Part shown: piece after piece, positions 26,985 to 39,125 of the stretch
How positions within the stretch are numbered: position 1 is the stretch's first letter
Layout of the letters: every line of letters starts with the position of its first letter
Source of the DNA: Geosiphon pyriformis uo1
Taxonomy: Eukaryota; Fungi; Glomeromycota
Reading direction: 5' to 3'
Assembly: GCA_016748015.1 (NCBI GenBank)
Contig: JAAOMT010000710.1
Coordinates: 372,001-436,000, forward strand
DNA: 64,000 nt
Made by a program: the position numbers and the translations under genes
Notes under the pieces: model-generated
The model's database searches: none
What the model saw: only the letters and a program-made list of their open reading frames with translations
What the model was told of the DNA's origin: nothing

Positions 26985-28809
26985 CTCAACTATAAGACCA
27001 CTGTTGGCTGTAGTATTGCTGTTATAAAAAAGACTCTCAAAGATTCTGGCTCTGATGCTGATTTCAAATCTGTTTTGTCAAGAAAAAAAAAAAGATGGCA
27101 CTTTAAAAGATGATATCAGCAATAGTAGAAGTTTAGTTAAGAAAGTTAGTGGTTGTTTATGGAATTCAAAAACTAGTGACACTACTAAGTTGGAAAGCAT
27201 TGACATAAAAAAAGAGTGTCTGGTTAAGGAAACTAGTTTTAACTATGGTAAAAGAAGTGTTTTTGCTGATAGAGATTCTGATCTGACACCTAAAGGCTTA
27301 CGAATAAAAACTGTGAAAGCATTGAGAAAACTGTTAAGGAAAATTGTATTTTTAAGTAATGAGAATGATAATGTTCTAGTGGATTTCTCTTTTATGCTTC
27401 CACCCTCTATCAAGAACCTGGTTAATGTTTTGGTTAGAAAGTTTTTCATTTTAAATATTGGTTTAACCAGTATTGCTGGAAAGTTATCTTAGGAAAAGCT
27501 AGTAGTGATTAGAAAGTTGTTTTTAAAAGTCAATAGTTTTAGAAGGGCCTCTACCTCCTCAAAATTTGCTGGGATTATTAGAGTAATGTTTACTTTTGAA
27601 TCCAGCTTAATGCAGACTATTAAGAAGGCAAAAAGTGCAAAAATTCTAGTAAACAATGATCTTAAGAAATCTGCTATGTGCTTAGATCAGACTGTGGTTG
27701 TAAAGAAAATTCCAATTGGGATGTCAGCTGATACTGTGTGTGCTGCAATGTTTAAATATGGTTTGGTGATGTTGATTAAGATGTAGTTGGTTGGATTATG
27801 GTAAAAAGCAGTGGTCAAATTTGGTAAGATTGAACAGGCTAATTTGGTTGTAGCTTGTTGGTTTATTCTAATTGAGAAGAATATGATACGTATAGCTAGA
27901 GCTGATCAAAACAAGGAATCATGAAATACCAAAAATCTTTATAGAGCACTGTTCTATATTTTGTTAATGAGAACAAATGCTCACAACATCTAGAATTTTA
28001 TTAGTTCTGTGGATGGAAAAACATGTGCAATTAATTGTTATCCTATCACATATGTCTGAGCCAGATGTGTTGTTGTTTGTTTTAACTCAATTGAATCTTT
28101 GAATGCTGTCATAAAAACCACATCAGTGGTAAGGAATGCTTATTTTTGCTGATTTTATCTTGTTTCTGCTGTGTGTGCCAAGTGTGAGAAATCTGGTCAT
28201 ATATCTTTGGGCTGTATTCTTGATAAGAAATTTTCTTCTGGTGGCTTGTTTCACAGAGTTTTTTTGGATGCTAATAAAAGCAGGCTGGCTGCTATTTATG
28301 CCAAACACTCAGCTCTGGTTGCCCATCCTGTTCTTTTTGGTGGTGCTTCTTGGACACAAATTGCTGATGAGTCATTTTTCTTATCTCCTCCTTTAAGTAA
28401 TGATTCAGTCAGTTTTGATTCCTCTTTGAAGATAAAACCTACCCCACTGGTGTCTGTGGAATTGAATAACAAGTTTGCTGCTCTTGAGTGCAGTCTTACC
28501 AGTCTTGCAGAACAAGTTGATAAGCTGGCTAAGAGATTGGATGCACTTGGATCAATGGTTTCTCAGCCTAGCCTTGAATGTTAGCTGTTGATAACTCCTT
28601 TATTATAGAATCAAGAGGTGGATATAGTAATGAGTAAGAGTTTGGGTGTAATCACTAGTGGTGAGACTGTTGTAGAAATGGTGATTTTTAATCTATTAGT
28701 GGTTTCAAAATTGGAAGGTACTTTAAACAATTTAGTTAATACAGTTATGGACCTATTAGCCAGAATAGAAAATGCTAGTTTGGGTTTTGGTGCTTATTTT
28801 TCTCAATGA
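26985..28809 (+). pseudogene. LINE B ORF1 (start uncertain)
   Basis: CCHC knuckle CAKCEKSGHISLGC; coiled coil LNNKFAALECSLTSLAEQVDKLAKRL; stop TGA 28807-28809. Confidence 0.85.
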
Positions 28810-28999
28810 CTGTTTTCATTTGGAAAATAACTACATGTAATGTCAAAAGCATGAATAATGCTGCCAAACAGACAGATATTATTTGGTGGCACAAAAATAT
28901 AAACAATTTGATTTTGATTTTTACAGAGACAAAGCTGAAAAAAAAAGTTTGTTCTTGGATTACTAATAAGTTTAATGGTGTTTGGGTTTTCACTTCTGG
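28806..28999 (+). pseudogene. LINE B ORF2, N-terminus (APE)
   Basis: MTVFIWKITTCNVKSMN..FTETKL. Confidence 0.85.
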
Positions 29000-29965
29000 T
29001 GTTACCAGTAGAGTTTTAGCTATTAATTAGCATGAAATTACCCTTATAATTCCTATTATTAATCAGCATATATCATTATTATTTCGATTATCACTTATTA
29101 TTTAATCAAATTATCAAATATCATTACTCAATCAATAATCCGATTTGTACTTGAAAAATTAAGATGATCAAATTACACAATACCCTGAACCATTTAACAT
29201 AGTCAAAATTCGCCGAAATTAATGAAAATTCGTCGAAATAATCAATAGTTCAGTGAAATAACTTGTAAATTTGCCGAAATGTATCTTTAGTTTACCCAAA
29301 TTGAAAAAAAAGAAAAGTGCAAGTTCAAGAATAGTACTACAACAAGTTGTATAAAAGAAGAGCTTTTCTCTTCAAGAAAATGTATCTTTCCCATATCTTA
29401 TCATAGTATCTTACTTTAGATATCTTAATTGAAACAAATCATTTTTTACAAAAATCAAATAAAAATTAAATATTTGAAAACCAAATCCTCAAAATTATTA
29501 CACTTGAAATTCCCTCAAATACAAATTAACGTTTTAAAATTGATTAGCTACCAATTTCAATAAGCTGTTAGTAATTCCAGGCCTGGATAGAAAACGTTTC
29601 CCTTGATAAAATTCTATTTCTTTTATTTTTCTTTTCTTTTCTTTTCTTATTACAATCATTAAGGTAGCCTACAGATGAGATTCCTGTAGAAGAGTTGACT
29701 TTCACAGCAAAGTAACTACACATTTTAGTGAGCTTCCAGATGAGCAATTCCTGGGAAAGAGTTGACGTTTACTACAACATAACTACATAAAGTAACTGGC
29801 ACAGAATTGGCCATTTCACTTATAAGCCCAGCAAGTTCAAATTATAGAAGATAATTTGAAAATAAATTCAGTTATTGGAGGTTCAACTACTTCTAGAAAA
29901 CGTGAATTTGCAACTAACAGACATTTACAATATTCAAAAAAAAAGACCAAAAACCTCCAGTAACA
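29000..29965 (+). repeat. G2 5' LTR (PBS TGGTGCTCTCCCA at 29968)
   Basis: Matches 37928-38205 plus 58589-59290. Confidence 0.95.
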
Positions 29966-30010
29966 TTTGGTGCTCTCCCATAAAAATAACACAGCAACAA
30001 CAAATTCAAA

Positions 30011-33000
30011 ATGGCAACCACACCAGACACAGCAACTCTAGAGTATTACCAGTTAATTTACACCCACTGCAAGCAAAGATTCAACATTCCAGACGGAATT
30101 AAAGTTGTCTAGAAATCAGTATACCAATACATTGAAAACTGCATCAACAATTATCTTTTTGGAAACTATAACATTTTAGAAGTTAGAAGCAACCTCTACA
30201 ATAATTTAGTGCACTATTCACAATTGGGAACAGAAGACCTGAACAGTGAAACACTTGCTACCTACTTCCAAGAACTTAATTTTAACATTATTAAGTATTG
30301 TGAAAAAAAATACCCAGTACAGTCTAAATACTCTTTTGACTTTGAATTAAAGACAGAAACAAGCAACAAAGGCAAACAAAGATTGAAGCAATACTCAAGA
30401 ACCATTCCAAACACTCCAATACTACAAAAGACAACTGCCAAACACTTGCAAACATCTGAACAAGGAACCAGTGTCAAATTACCACTTTCTATTACACCAT
30501 TTCCAATTTCACTTGTTCAACCACAAACACCAAGTTCACTACTTAACTATTTCTTCAGACCAGAAAATTTTCAGTCACCTAGAAATCCTACTTAACAGCA
30601 AGAACCCATATTAACAAGCACCAATATTATTGAATATTTTCAAAAAAATGAAAGTGATCATTCAGAAAACTTGAAAAGTAAAGAAACTAAATCAGAACAA
30701 AAAGAAACCACAAAAAATGAAAAAAAATGACAACTGCTTACATTGCAAAGATTCCAGAATTTACTGATGAAGATAATGATACCAGTCCTTAAGAATGGCT
30801 TGACAAAGTTCAAAAAGCAGGAGATGCAAATGATTGGATTGCAGCAAGAATGCTCAAAGCAATCCCATACTTTCTCCAAGGAACTGCAGAAAAATGATTT
30901 GAAAACTTAGAAGAACCATTTGAAAACTGGCAAGCATTCAAAGATGTTTTTTTACAACAATTCACTGACAACAACACCTCTATTACTCTCTGCAATCACT
31001 TTCACAATATCAAACAAGAAACATCTGAAACTGTTATGACCTATCTTGGAAGATTCAACAAACTTCTTTGACAGATTTGACAATTGGAAATCAATAATTA
31101 CTATTCTGATGCCCAGATTTTGGATCAGTTTATAGCAGAATTAAAGGACAAATTAATCAAGAAAGTTCGTCCACATGCTCTAGCAGACTTAGCAACTGCC
31201 ATTAGACATGCAAAAAGCTATGAAATAGCAATAGAAAAAGCAAATCACATTAAGCTTGTAAATCTTGCAATTGGAGAAACCAACTCAGCAGCTGAAAAGA
31301 AGATAGACCAACTCACAAAAAAAGTTGAAAGCTACTTTACAAACCAACAACAACAACAGCAACAACTACAAAGATACCAACCCCCACAATGACACAACCA
31401 AAACAATTTTGGATCATCATCCAACAACCAATCTCAAAATTGTCATTATTGTGGAATTTCAGGACACTGGAAACAAGATTGCAAGAAATTGCAAAGAGAC
31501 CAACAAAATAGGAGTAATCAACGTTATTCTTCATCACAACAATCCTATTACCAACTTCCACCACCAACTTATTATTCACCAAGACCCCAAAATCAAAACA
31601 ATTACTATCAACCAGCTCCACAACCAATGCAGCAACAATATCAGCAATTTTTACCAATTCAGCAATATTAGACACAACTCACTCAACAATATCAAATACC
31701 AGCCAGAAGATTGGTTTAACATAACCAATTCACACCTCAAAATTAATTTCAGAATAACAACAATAGAATCAACCCAAATAACCAATTAGTTCCCCGAAAT
31801 TCTGGTCAGCAATAACCAAATTACTTTCACATTCAACCCAGTTATTTAACAATAACTGAAGAATCGAATTTTCAACAAACTGCACTTTCTGAAGATAAAG
31901 TTGCAGTATCAAGAACAAATCCTTCCAACCATACTATTCCACCAGCTTAAATTGCTCAAAACGCCAACCTTTCAGATATATTCCCATTTGAATTTGAAGC
32001 AAATGAATTACCATTCTTGCTTAGTAATACAGCAGCTAATGAACAAAAAGCTATTACTGTCATGTACACTGAAGCTACAGTGGAAGAAAAACCCATCTGA
32101 TTAATTCTAGACAGTAGATCAACTGGAAGTATTATCACTTACCAGTTAATACAACAGCTTCAAAAAACTGTTGACAGACTAGCCCAAACTGTAATTGTTA
32201 CAGCAGATGGTATAAAAAAGACACCAGTAAGAGAAATTGACAATTTCTCATTCATTATTAATAGAATTACCATTCCAGTCAAAGTGCTAGTTATAGATGC
32301 ACCTCAATACCAAGCTCTGGTCGAAAATGATTGGCTTCTTAAAGCCAATGCAAACTTAGATTGGGAAACTCAAGAACTAAAAATCTCATATTAAGGACAA
32401 CACACTATAGTATCTGCTACTTGTAGTACCTTCAACAAATGATCAGAAAAAGCCCCAGTATTTGAATTTGAAGAGGAATAAGAAATGCCACTTATTGAAA
32501 CCTACATGGCACTTGGATCAACATCCAATTGGGCTGAGGAAACAGAACAAGAGATTTTTGAAGAATCAAGAGGATAGAAGAAAGTTAGATATTCTACTCC
32601 AGAACCACAAAAACAACCACCCTATATTTCACTTAAATGCAAAAATTGCAACAAGAAACTTTCATCAATGGAAGCATGTATTTCTTCAGAAGAGGAATAT
32701 GAAACTTGTATCTGCTACTTTTACAAAGCATGCCATAAAGAACGATTTGGATATCCTAAAAGGAGTGGAAAATGGGACAACACTCCTTGCCTTATATGTG
32801 GAGATATGCTACCAGAAGAATGCAACTGAATTGATGTTGCAATAAAAAGAGGAGTTTGTAACCAAACCTGCCAATATGTTCTAGCAATCTCATAAAAAGT
32901 GAAAAGAAGAACACCATTTATACAATATACAATAGTGCTCTCAACAAACTATACCATTACCCACATGATGCTGAAATGATTTTTGACTTAACAATAGCTT

Positions 33001-35631
33001 TAATCAATAGAGCCACCCAAGAAGATGTATGCCAAATGAAAGAAGCTGAATACATTAAATACACCATGGAATTAGCTGGATTTGATTATAAAAATAAAGC
33101 AGAAACATATTACCAAATTGCAAGCCATACATATCTGATCAAAGAAGCTCAAATTCAATGATTAGAGCAAATAAACATTCAATTGTGTAAAGAATGCATC
33201 ATGCCTTGTGATGACCAATGGTGTTTAGAATGCTATGCTCTTAGCATTTCTCTGCCAAATAAGAATGATGAAAATGAAATCAAATTTGGAGTATCTGAAC
33301 TAGTAGAAGAACTACCAACCACCCCTATCTATCTTTTTGAAAAGCAACCACCTCTACAACTTAAATATTTTAACAACTATGGCCAAGAAATCAGACCAGA
33401 AAAAGCACACGAAATTGATGCTAGATATGATCTAAAATACCCAGGAAAAGATACTTTGGTTCTCCAACAAAAGTCCTTGACAAAAATCAATCTCAAAATT
33501 GCTCTTGAAATACCACCAGGAGCAATGATTCAAATTGCCTCCAGATCATCATTGGCAAGCAAAGGAATCAGTATTAGAGGAGGAGTTATAGATGCAGGAT
33601 ATACTGAAAACATTACCATCATGTTGCAGAATGAAACAGACAAACCATTCAAGATTGAACATGCTAAAAAAATTGCTCAAGCAATTTACCTACCCTTAAT
33701 TAATATTTCAGATCTACAATCAGTTAACAACAAAGAACAATTGAGAAAAAATGAAAGAAGAATACAAGGTTTTGGTTCAACTGAACGATTTACAGTTCCA
33801 GTAAACATAGCCCTTAATATACAAAATGAATCTCACCAGATTCTTCAACTTCCACAACCAATTACCATTTAATCTTTTGGAGAACATCACGAAATTTACA
33901 CTTGCTCAAAACCACTACTACCCAACAAATTTTTGAATCCAATGAACAAATTTGTTGAAGCATGAAATATCAATTCCAAACGTTTATATTCTCAAAGAAA
34001 TGAAAAAATTTTGAGTTACATTTTACAACCCCAATAATTACCCTATTGTCTTATTAAACAAATTAAAAATTGGAATCATATACAGCAATATCTTTCAAGA
34101 TGAAAACTCTCAAATTGTTTCTAATTTCATCGAAATTGTAAGGCACACTCTACTTCCAAATCCAAATATCATTTCTACTACTAAAAACTACCACCTTTTG
34201 GAAAAAAAACTCTCTCAAATCAACATAGGTCCCTTAGAATCTCAACAACAAAGACAATTGAAACAATTGATAGCTGAATTTGCAGATATATTTGCAAAAA
34301 ACAACAATGATCTGGGAAAAATGGATATTGTTCAACATCAGATCCATACAGGAGATGTTTCACCAAAACGTCAACAAGCTTATCAAGTGCCACCTGCCAG
34401 CCATCAATTCATTAGAGAAGAGGTCCAAAGAATGCTCAATAACAGATTGATTCAACCATCAAGTAGTCCTTGGGCCTCACTAGTAGTTTTAGTTAAAAAA
34501 AAAAACGGAAAAATCAGATTCTGTGTTGATTATAGACAACTGAATAGTGTTATAATTGGAGATGTCTACCCTCTTCCAAGAATTGATGACATGCTAGATG
34601 CTCTAAGAAAAGCCAAGTTCTTCTCAACTTTAAACCTGGAAAGTGGATACTGGCAAGTCAAAATAGACTCAAAAGATAGACCCAAAACAGCATTTACCAC
34701 TCAAGGAGGAAACTATGAGTTCAATGTTATGCCTTTTGGACTCTGCAATGCACCAGCAACATTCCAACAACTCATGGATGTTGTATATGAAGGACTCTTG
34801 TGACAATCAGTGGTTGTCTATATTGATAACACTGATGTATACTTATTAAACTTTGAAGCCCATCTCATCTACCTACAAAAAGTTTTTCAACAATTATGGA
34901 AAGTAGGATTAAAGTTAAACATTAAGAAATGTCACTTTGGAAAAACAAGCTTAATTTTTCTTGAGCACATTGTGAGCAAAGATGGAGTCAAACCAAATCC
35001 TAGAACAATCAGTGCTATCAAAAACTTCTAAACTCCCAAAAATACCACAGAACTAAGAGAATTTGTAGAATTAGCCTCTTACTATTGGAAATTTATAAAG
35101 GGATTCTCAGAAATTGCCAAACCACTTAATTATCTTACCAACAAAAATGTGCCATACAAATGGACAGAAAAACAACAAAAAGCATTTGACACTCTCAAGA
35201 CAAAATTAACAACAGCCCCAGTTCTTGCCTATTCAGATTTCAACAAACAATTTCAACTAGCCACTAATGCTTCACACATAGCATTTGGTGCTATTCTATC
35301 ACAATTGGACAAAAATAGGCAGAAACAAATTATTGCTTATGCTAGTAGAACTCTCAAACCAACAGAACTTAAATATGGCTCAACTGAATTAGAAGCTGCC
35401 ACAGTTATCTGGGCTCTCAAACACTTTCAACAATATCTAAAGAATGGAAAAGAATTTGACATAATAACTAATAATATTGGCCTTAAATAGCTTAATAAAA
35501 AGAAAACTAAACAAAGTGCCAAACAGTCTCGATGGAATGACTTTCTAGCAGACTACAGATACATTGTACACCACAAACCAGGAAAACTACATACCAATGT
35601 TGATAGCCTCTCAAGAATAAGACAAGATTAA
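30011..35631 (+). pseudogene. G2 ORF1: Gag-PR-Cys-rich domain-dUTPase-RT-RNase H
   Basis: dUTPase in ORF 33183-33872; [29 protein letters not shown]; ends SRIRQD-TAA. Confidence 0.92.
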
Positions 35632-35688
35632 TACTGACAACAATTCCACTACAACTTACTAACCTACCAACAAAATAACCAAACAAGA

Positions 35689-37071
35689 ATGAATCTCAGA
35701 AATTACAGCAATCTTAAAAATTATTTAGAGACTCTTACTATGCCAGAAAACTGGTTTCCAAGTAAAAAACATCATTTACAACACCAATCAAAACAATATT
35801 TCATACACCATAACAAAATCTATTATAAAAATCACAGAAACCCAAACCAACCACTCAGATTAGTAAAAGAGAATAAAAAAAAACAATTTTATACAATATG
35901 TACACAGATCCGTCTTCAGCACATTTGGGAAGAGATAGAACAATTCAAAAAACTCTTAAACATTATTTTTGGCTTCACATGCAAAAAGACATTTGACAAT
36001 ATGTAGAATCTTGTAATAGTTGTCAAAGAAGAGAAGGAACTTGTTCCACAGAACCTTTAAATCCAATCAAAGTTGGATAACCTTTTGACAGAGTGGGAAT
36101 TGATTTAGTCAGACCATTACCTATTACAATTCAAGAAAATCATTATATTGCAGTAGCAGTAGATTATCTCACCAAATGGCCTGAAATTAGAGCCATCCAA
36201 AGAGCAGATGCAAAATCAGTAGCAAATTTCATCTATGAAAACATTATTTGTAGACATAGATGCCCAATTGAACTTTTATCTAATTAAGGAACACATTTTG
36301 TAAACAACTTGATACAAAAAATTTGTAAACAGTTCAATATCAAAAGACCTCTATTATTATTTTATCACCCTCAAACAAATGAACTTGTAGAATGTTTCAA
36401 CAGAAGATTGTGTGAATCATTAGCCAAAGTCTCAACAAATTTTGAACAGAAATAAAATATCTTTATTCCATCAGTATTACTAGCATACAGAACACTAAAA
36501 CAAGATACTACAAAACACACTATTTGATCTTACTTATGAAAAGACAGCAATACTACCAATTAATTTCACAGTGGAAACATACTCAGTACAACCAATTAAT
36601 GAAGAAAACTTTCAAAAAACACTCTAAAAAAGGGTCTACACTCTTCTTAGTACACTGGAAGAAAAAAGAAGAATAGCAGCAACTCATATTGAACATTCCC
36701 AAGCTCAACAAAAAGAAAGACATGACAACAAATTACCACCCATAACCAATGAATTTAAAATTGGAAATAAAGTTTTTTTACACAGAACTAAGACTGAAAA
36801 ACAATGGAGTGGAAAATTTGAAAACAAATGGGATAGACCATTTTATATTCACGAAATTCTAGACAATGGATCATACAAGTTAAGACTTGATGACAAAATA
36901 CTAGCAAAAGTTGCACATGGAAATAGATTGAAACACTATTATTCCAAAAACAATCCTGAACCATTAATTCCACAAATTGGTACACATTCTCCTTTAATTA
37001 ATCCTGAAGATATTCTCTGAAATTTAGAACCAATAATTATAATAGAACAACAGCCAAACTTGAACACTTAA
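35689..37071 (+). pseudogene. G2 integrase ORF
   Basis: ATG 35689; GIDLVRPL; VDYLTKWPE; ends LEPIIIIEQQPNLNT. Confidence 0.9.
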
Positions 37072-37239
37072 TTCAACATAATTTTACAATATTTTTTATA
37101 TAAACCACAAAACATAAATCAAAAAATAGTAAATAATTATAAAGAAATATTTAAAACCCAAAAACAAATAAAAACCCTAGACCCAAAAATAATTTTCTTT
37201 ATTCTTTTCAAACTTTGTTATTAATTAGTCATTTTTATC

Positions 37240-37947
37240 ATGATTTTTCCCCAAAATATTCAAAAAATATTCCAAAAATTAATGTTAACTTTAAAAACAC
37301 TTCCTGACTTGTCCATAACGATTAATGGAAGTCAAATTAATTATATTCAGAAAGAAACCACAGCCCCAATAGTAAATAATTCTCAGAACTATCACCCTTA
37401 TAGAAAAAAGACAAGAGGTCACTCTGAAAATAGATTACCAGAACTTTTAAAGCAAGCACTAGAAGAAAACCTTTCAATTGTCCCTATTGACATTCTACCA
37501 AATACCACAATATAACAAAAACTTCTACTACTCCTTAATAGACAGAACAATGAACATATCCTTATATATAAATATTTTTATATTGGAAAAACATTTTATA
37601 AACGAAAACTAGAACTTAAAGCAACCAACATCACTCCTGAGACTATACAAAAACAAATTCACAATGAATTCAAGACAGCAGCTGGACCAACAAACACTCA
37701 TTACAAATTTATAGCAGCATCTAGACTCTATGATTTATTCAACACTTGTGAAAACGTTCTACAAAATCTAATAATCCATCCAATGAAGATTCAATACATT
37801 GGAAAACTCACAGAACTGAAATTTCAACAATTTTCAGACCAGATTACTTCAATTATCTTGGACCACTATCTTAATATCACAGATAATGCTTGGACTTTGA
37901 CAGAACTCAGTCTTAAGGAGGAGATTATGTTACCAGTAGAATTTTAG
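37240..37947 (+). pseudogene. G2 ORF3
   Basis: 236 codons, one frame, internal stop; homologous to G4 ORF3; overlaps PPT (37915-37924) and LTR. Confidence 0.85.
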
Positions 37948-38205
37948 CTATTAATTAACATGAAATTACTCTTATAATTCCTATTATTAATTAGCATATA
38001 TCATTATCATTTTGATTATCACTTATTATTTAATCAAATTATCAAATATTATTACTCAATCAATAATCTGATTTGTACTCGAGAAATTAAGATGTTCAAA
38101 TTACACAATACTTTGAACTATTTAACATAGTTAAAATTTGCCAAAATTAATAAAAATTTGCTGAAATAATCAATAGTTCAGTGAAATAACTTGTAAATTT
38201 GCCGA
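37928..38205 (+). repeat. G2 3' LTR, left part
   Basis: Matches 29000-29277. Confidence 0.95.
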
Positions 38206-39066
38206 TGTTACTCATAGAAATATAGGGAATATATATTAGCATAATTATTAACCAATCAGAAGTAGACGTAGTAAAATGTGGAATTCCAGGATTCCTCTCA
38301 GGAATTGCAGGATTTCAGGAATTACAGGATTCTTACAAAAAATTGCAGGATTCCAGAATTGCAGGATTCCTTTCAACGGAATTGTAGGATTCTAGGAATT
38401 CCAGATTTCTTGTTGTGAAGAATTGAGGAATTGAGGAATCTCAATTATGTATATATAGCAGTAGAATTAGATGCTAAAAAAACAGATCTCTTAGTTTAGA
38501 TTTTATCTAGACAACTTTCCAAATCACAAATAAATAACTGTTTGTTATCTCAAACCTGCTGCCACTATTAACACTTTATGTTGATAGTAATTGATACTTA
38601 ACCACACTAGAACAATAACTCTTGATCACAGCTATTGACAAAATACTAACTTGTAAATTGCCTTGGCTTATTTTTTTTTTTTCTTTATTTTCTTTATTTC
38701 TTGCTTTGATTTTATTGTTGTTTACTAACTCTATTGAGAATTAATGCATGGGATACTGACATCAGGATAAATGTGACTGGTAAAAGACCCAGAAATAAGG
38801 GTAGAACACTTGATTAAGGATAGCTTACTAGAAGGAATACCAGCCATCAAGCTGAGAAAAAAATTGACAAAACTGCAGTTTCAAGAAGCTATGGATAAAA
38901 CTATTACCATTGAATCTCTGTCTATTATACAAAGAACTCAACCAAACTCTTCAGATACAAATCTTTCAAACACAAATTTTCAGATCACTATTAACTGCAA
39001 CTAAATTTGAGCACCAAGTTATGGGTTTGTTATTTAATTCAACACCAAAAATAGTCACCTGTAACA
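38206..39066 (+). repeat. G3 5' LTR, with GGAATTCCAGGATTCC-type tandem repeats at 38280-38440
   Basis: Matches 57718-58588. Confidence 0.95.
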
Positions 39067-39125
39067 TTTGGTGCTCCCTGTGAGGTATAATCCTACAGAG
39101 AACCAGCACCAACACAAATCTAAAA

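Noticed and set aside
38280-38440. CRISPR array or heat-shock elements
   Set aside because: No unique spacers; GAA/TTC spacing mostly does not fit nGAAnnTTCn; these are LTR U3 repeats.
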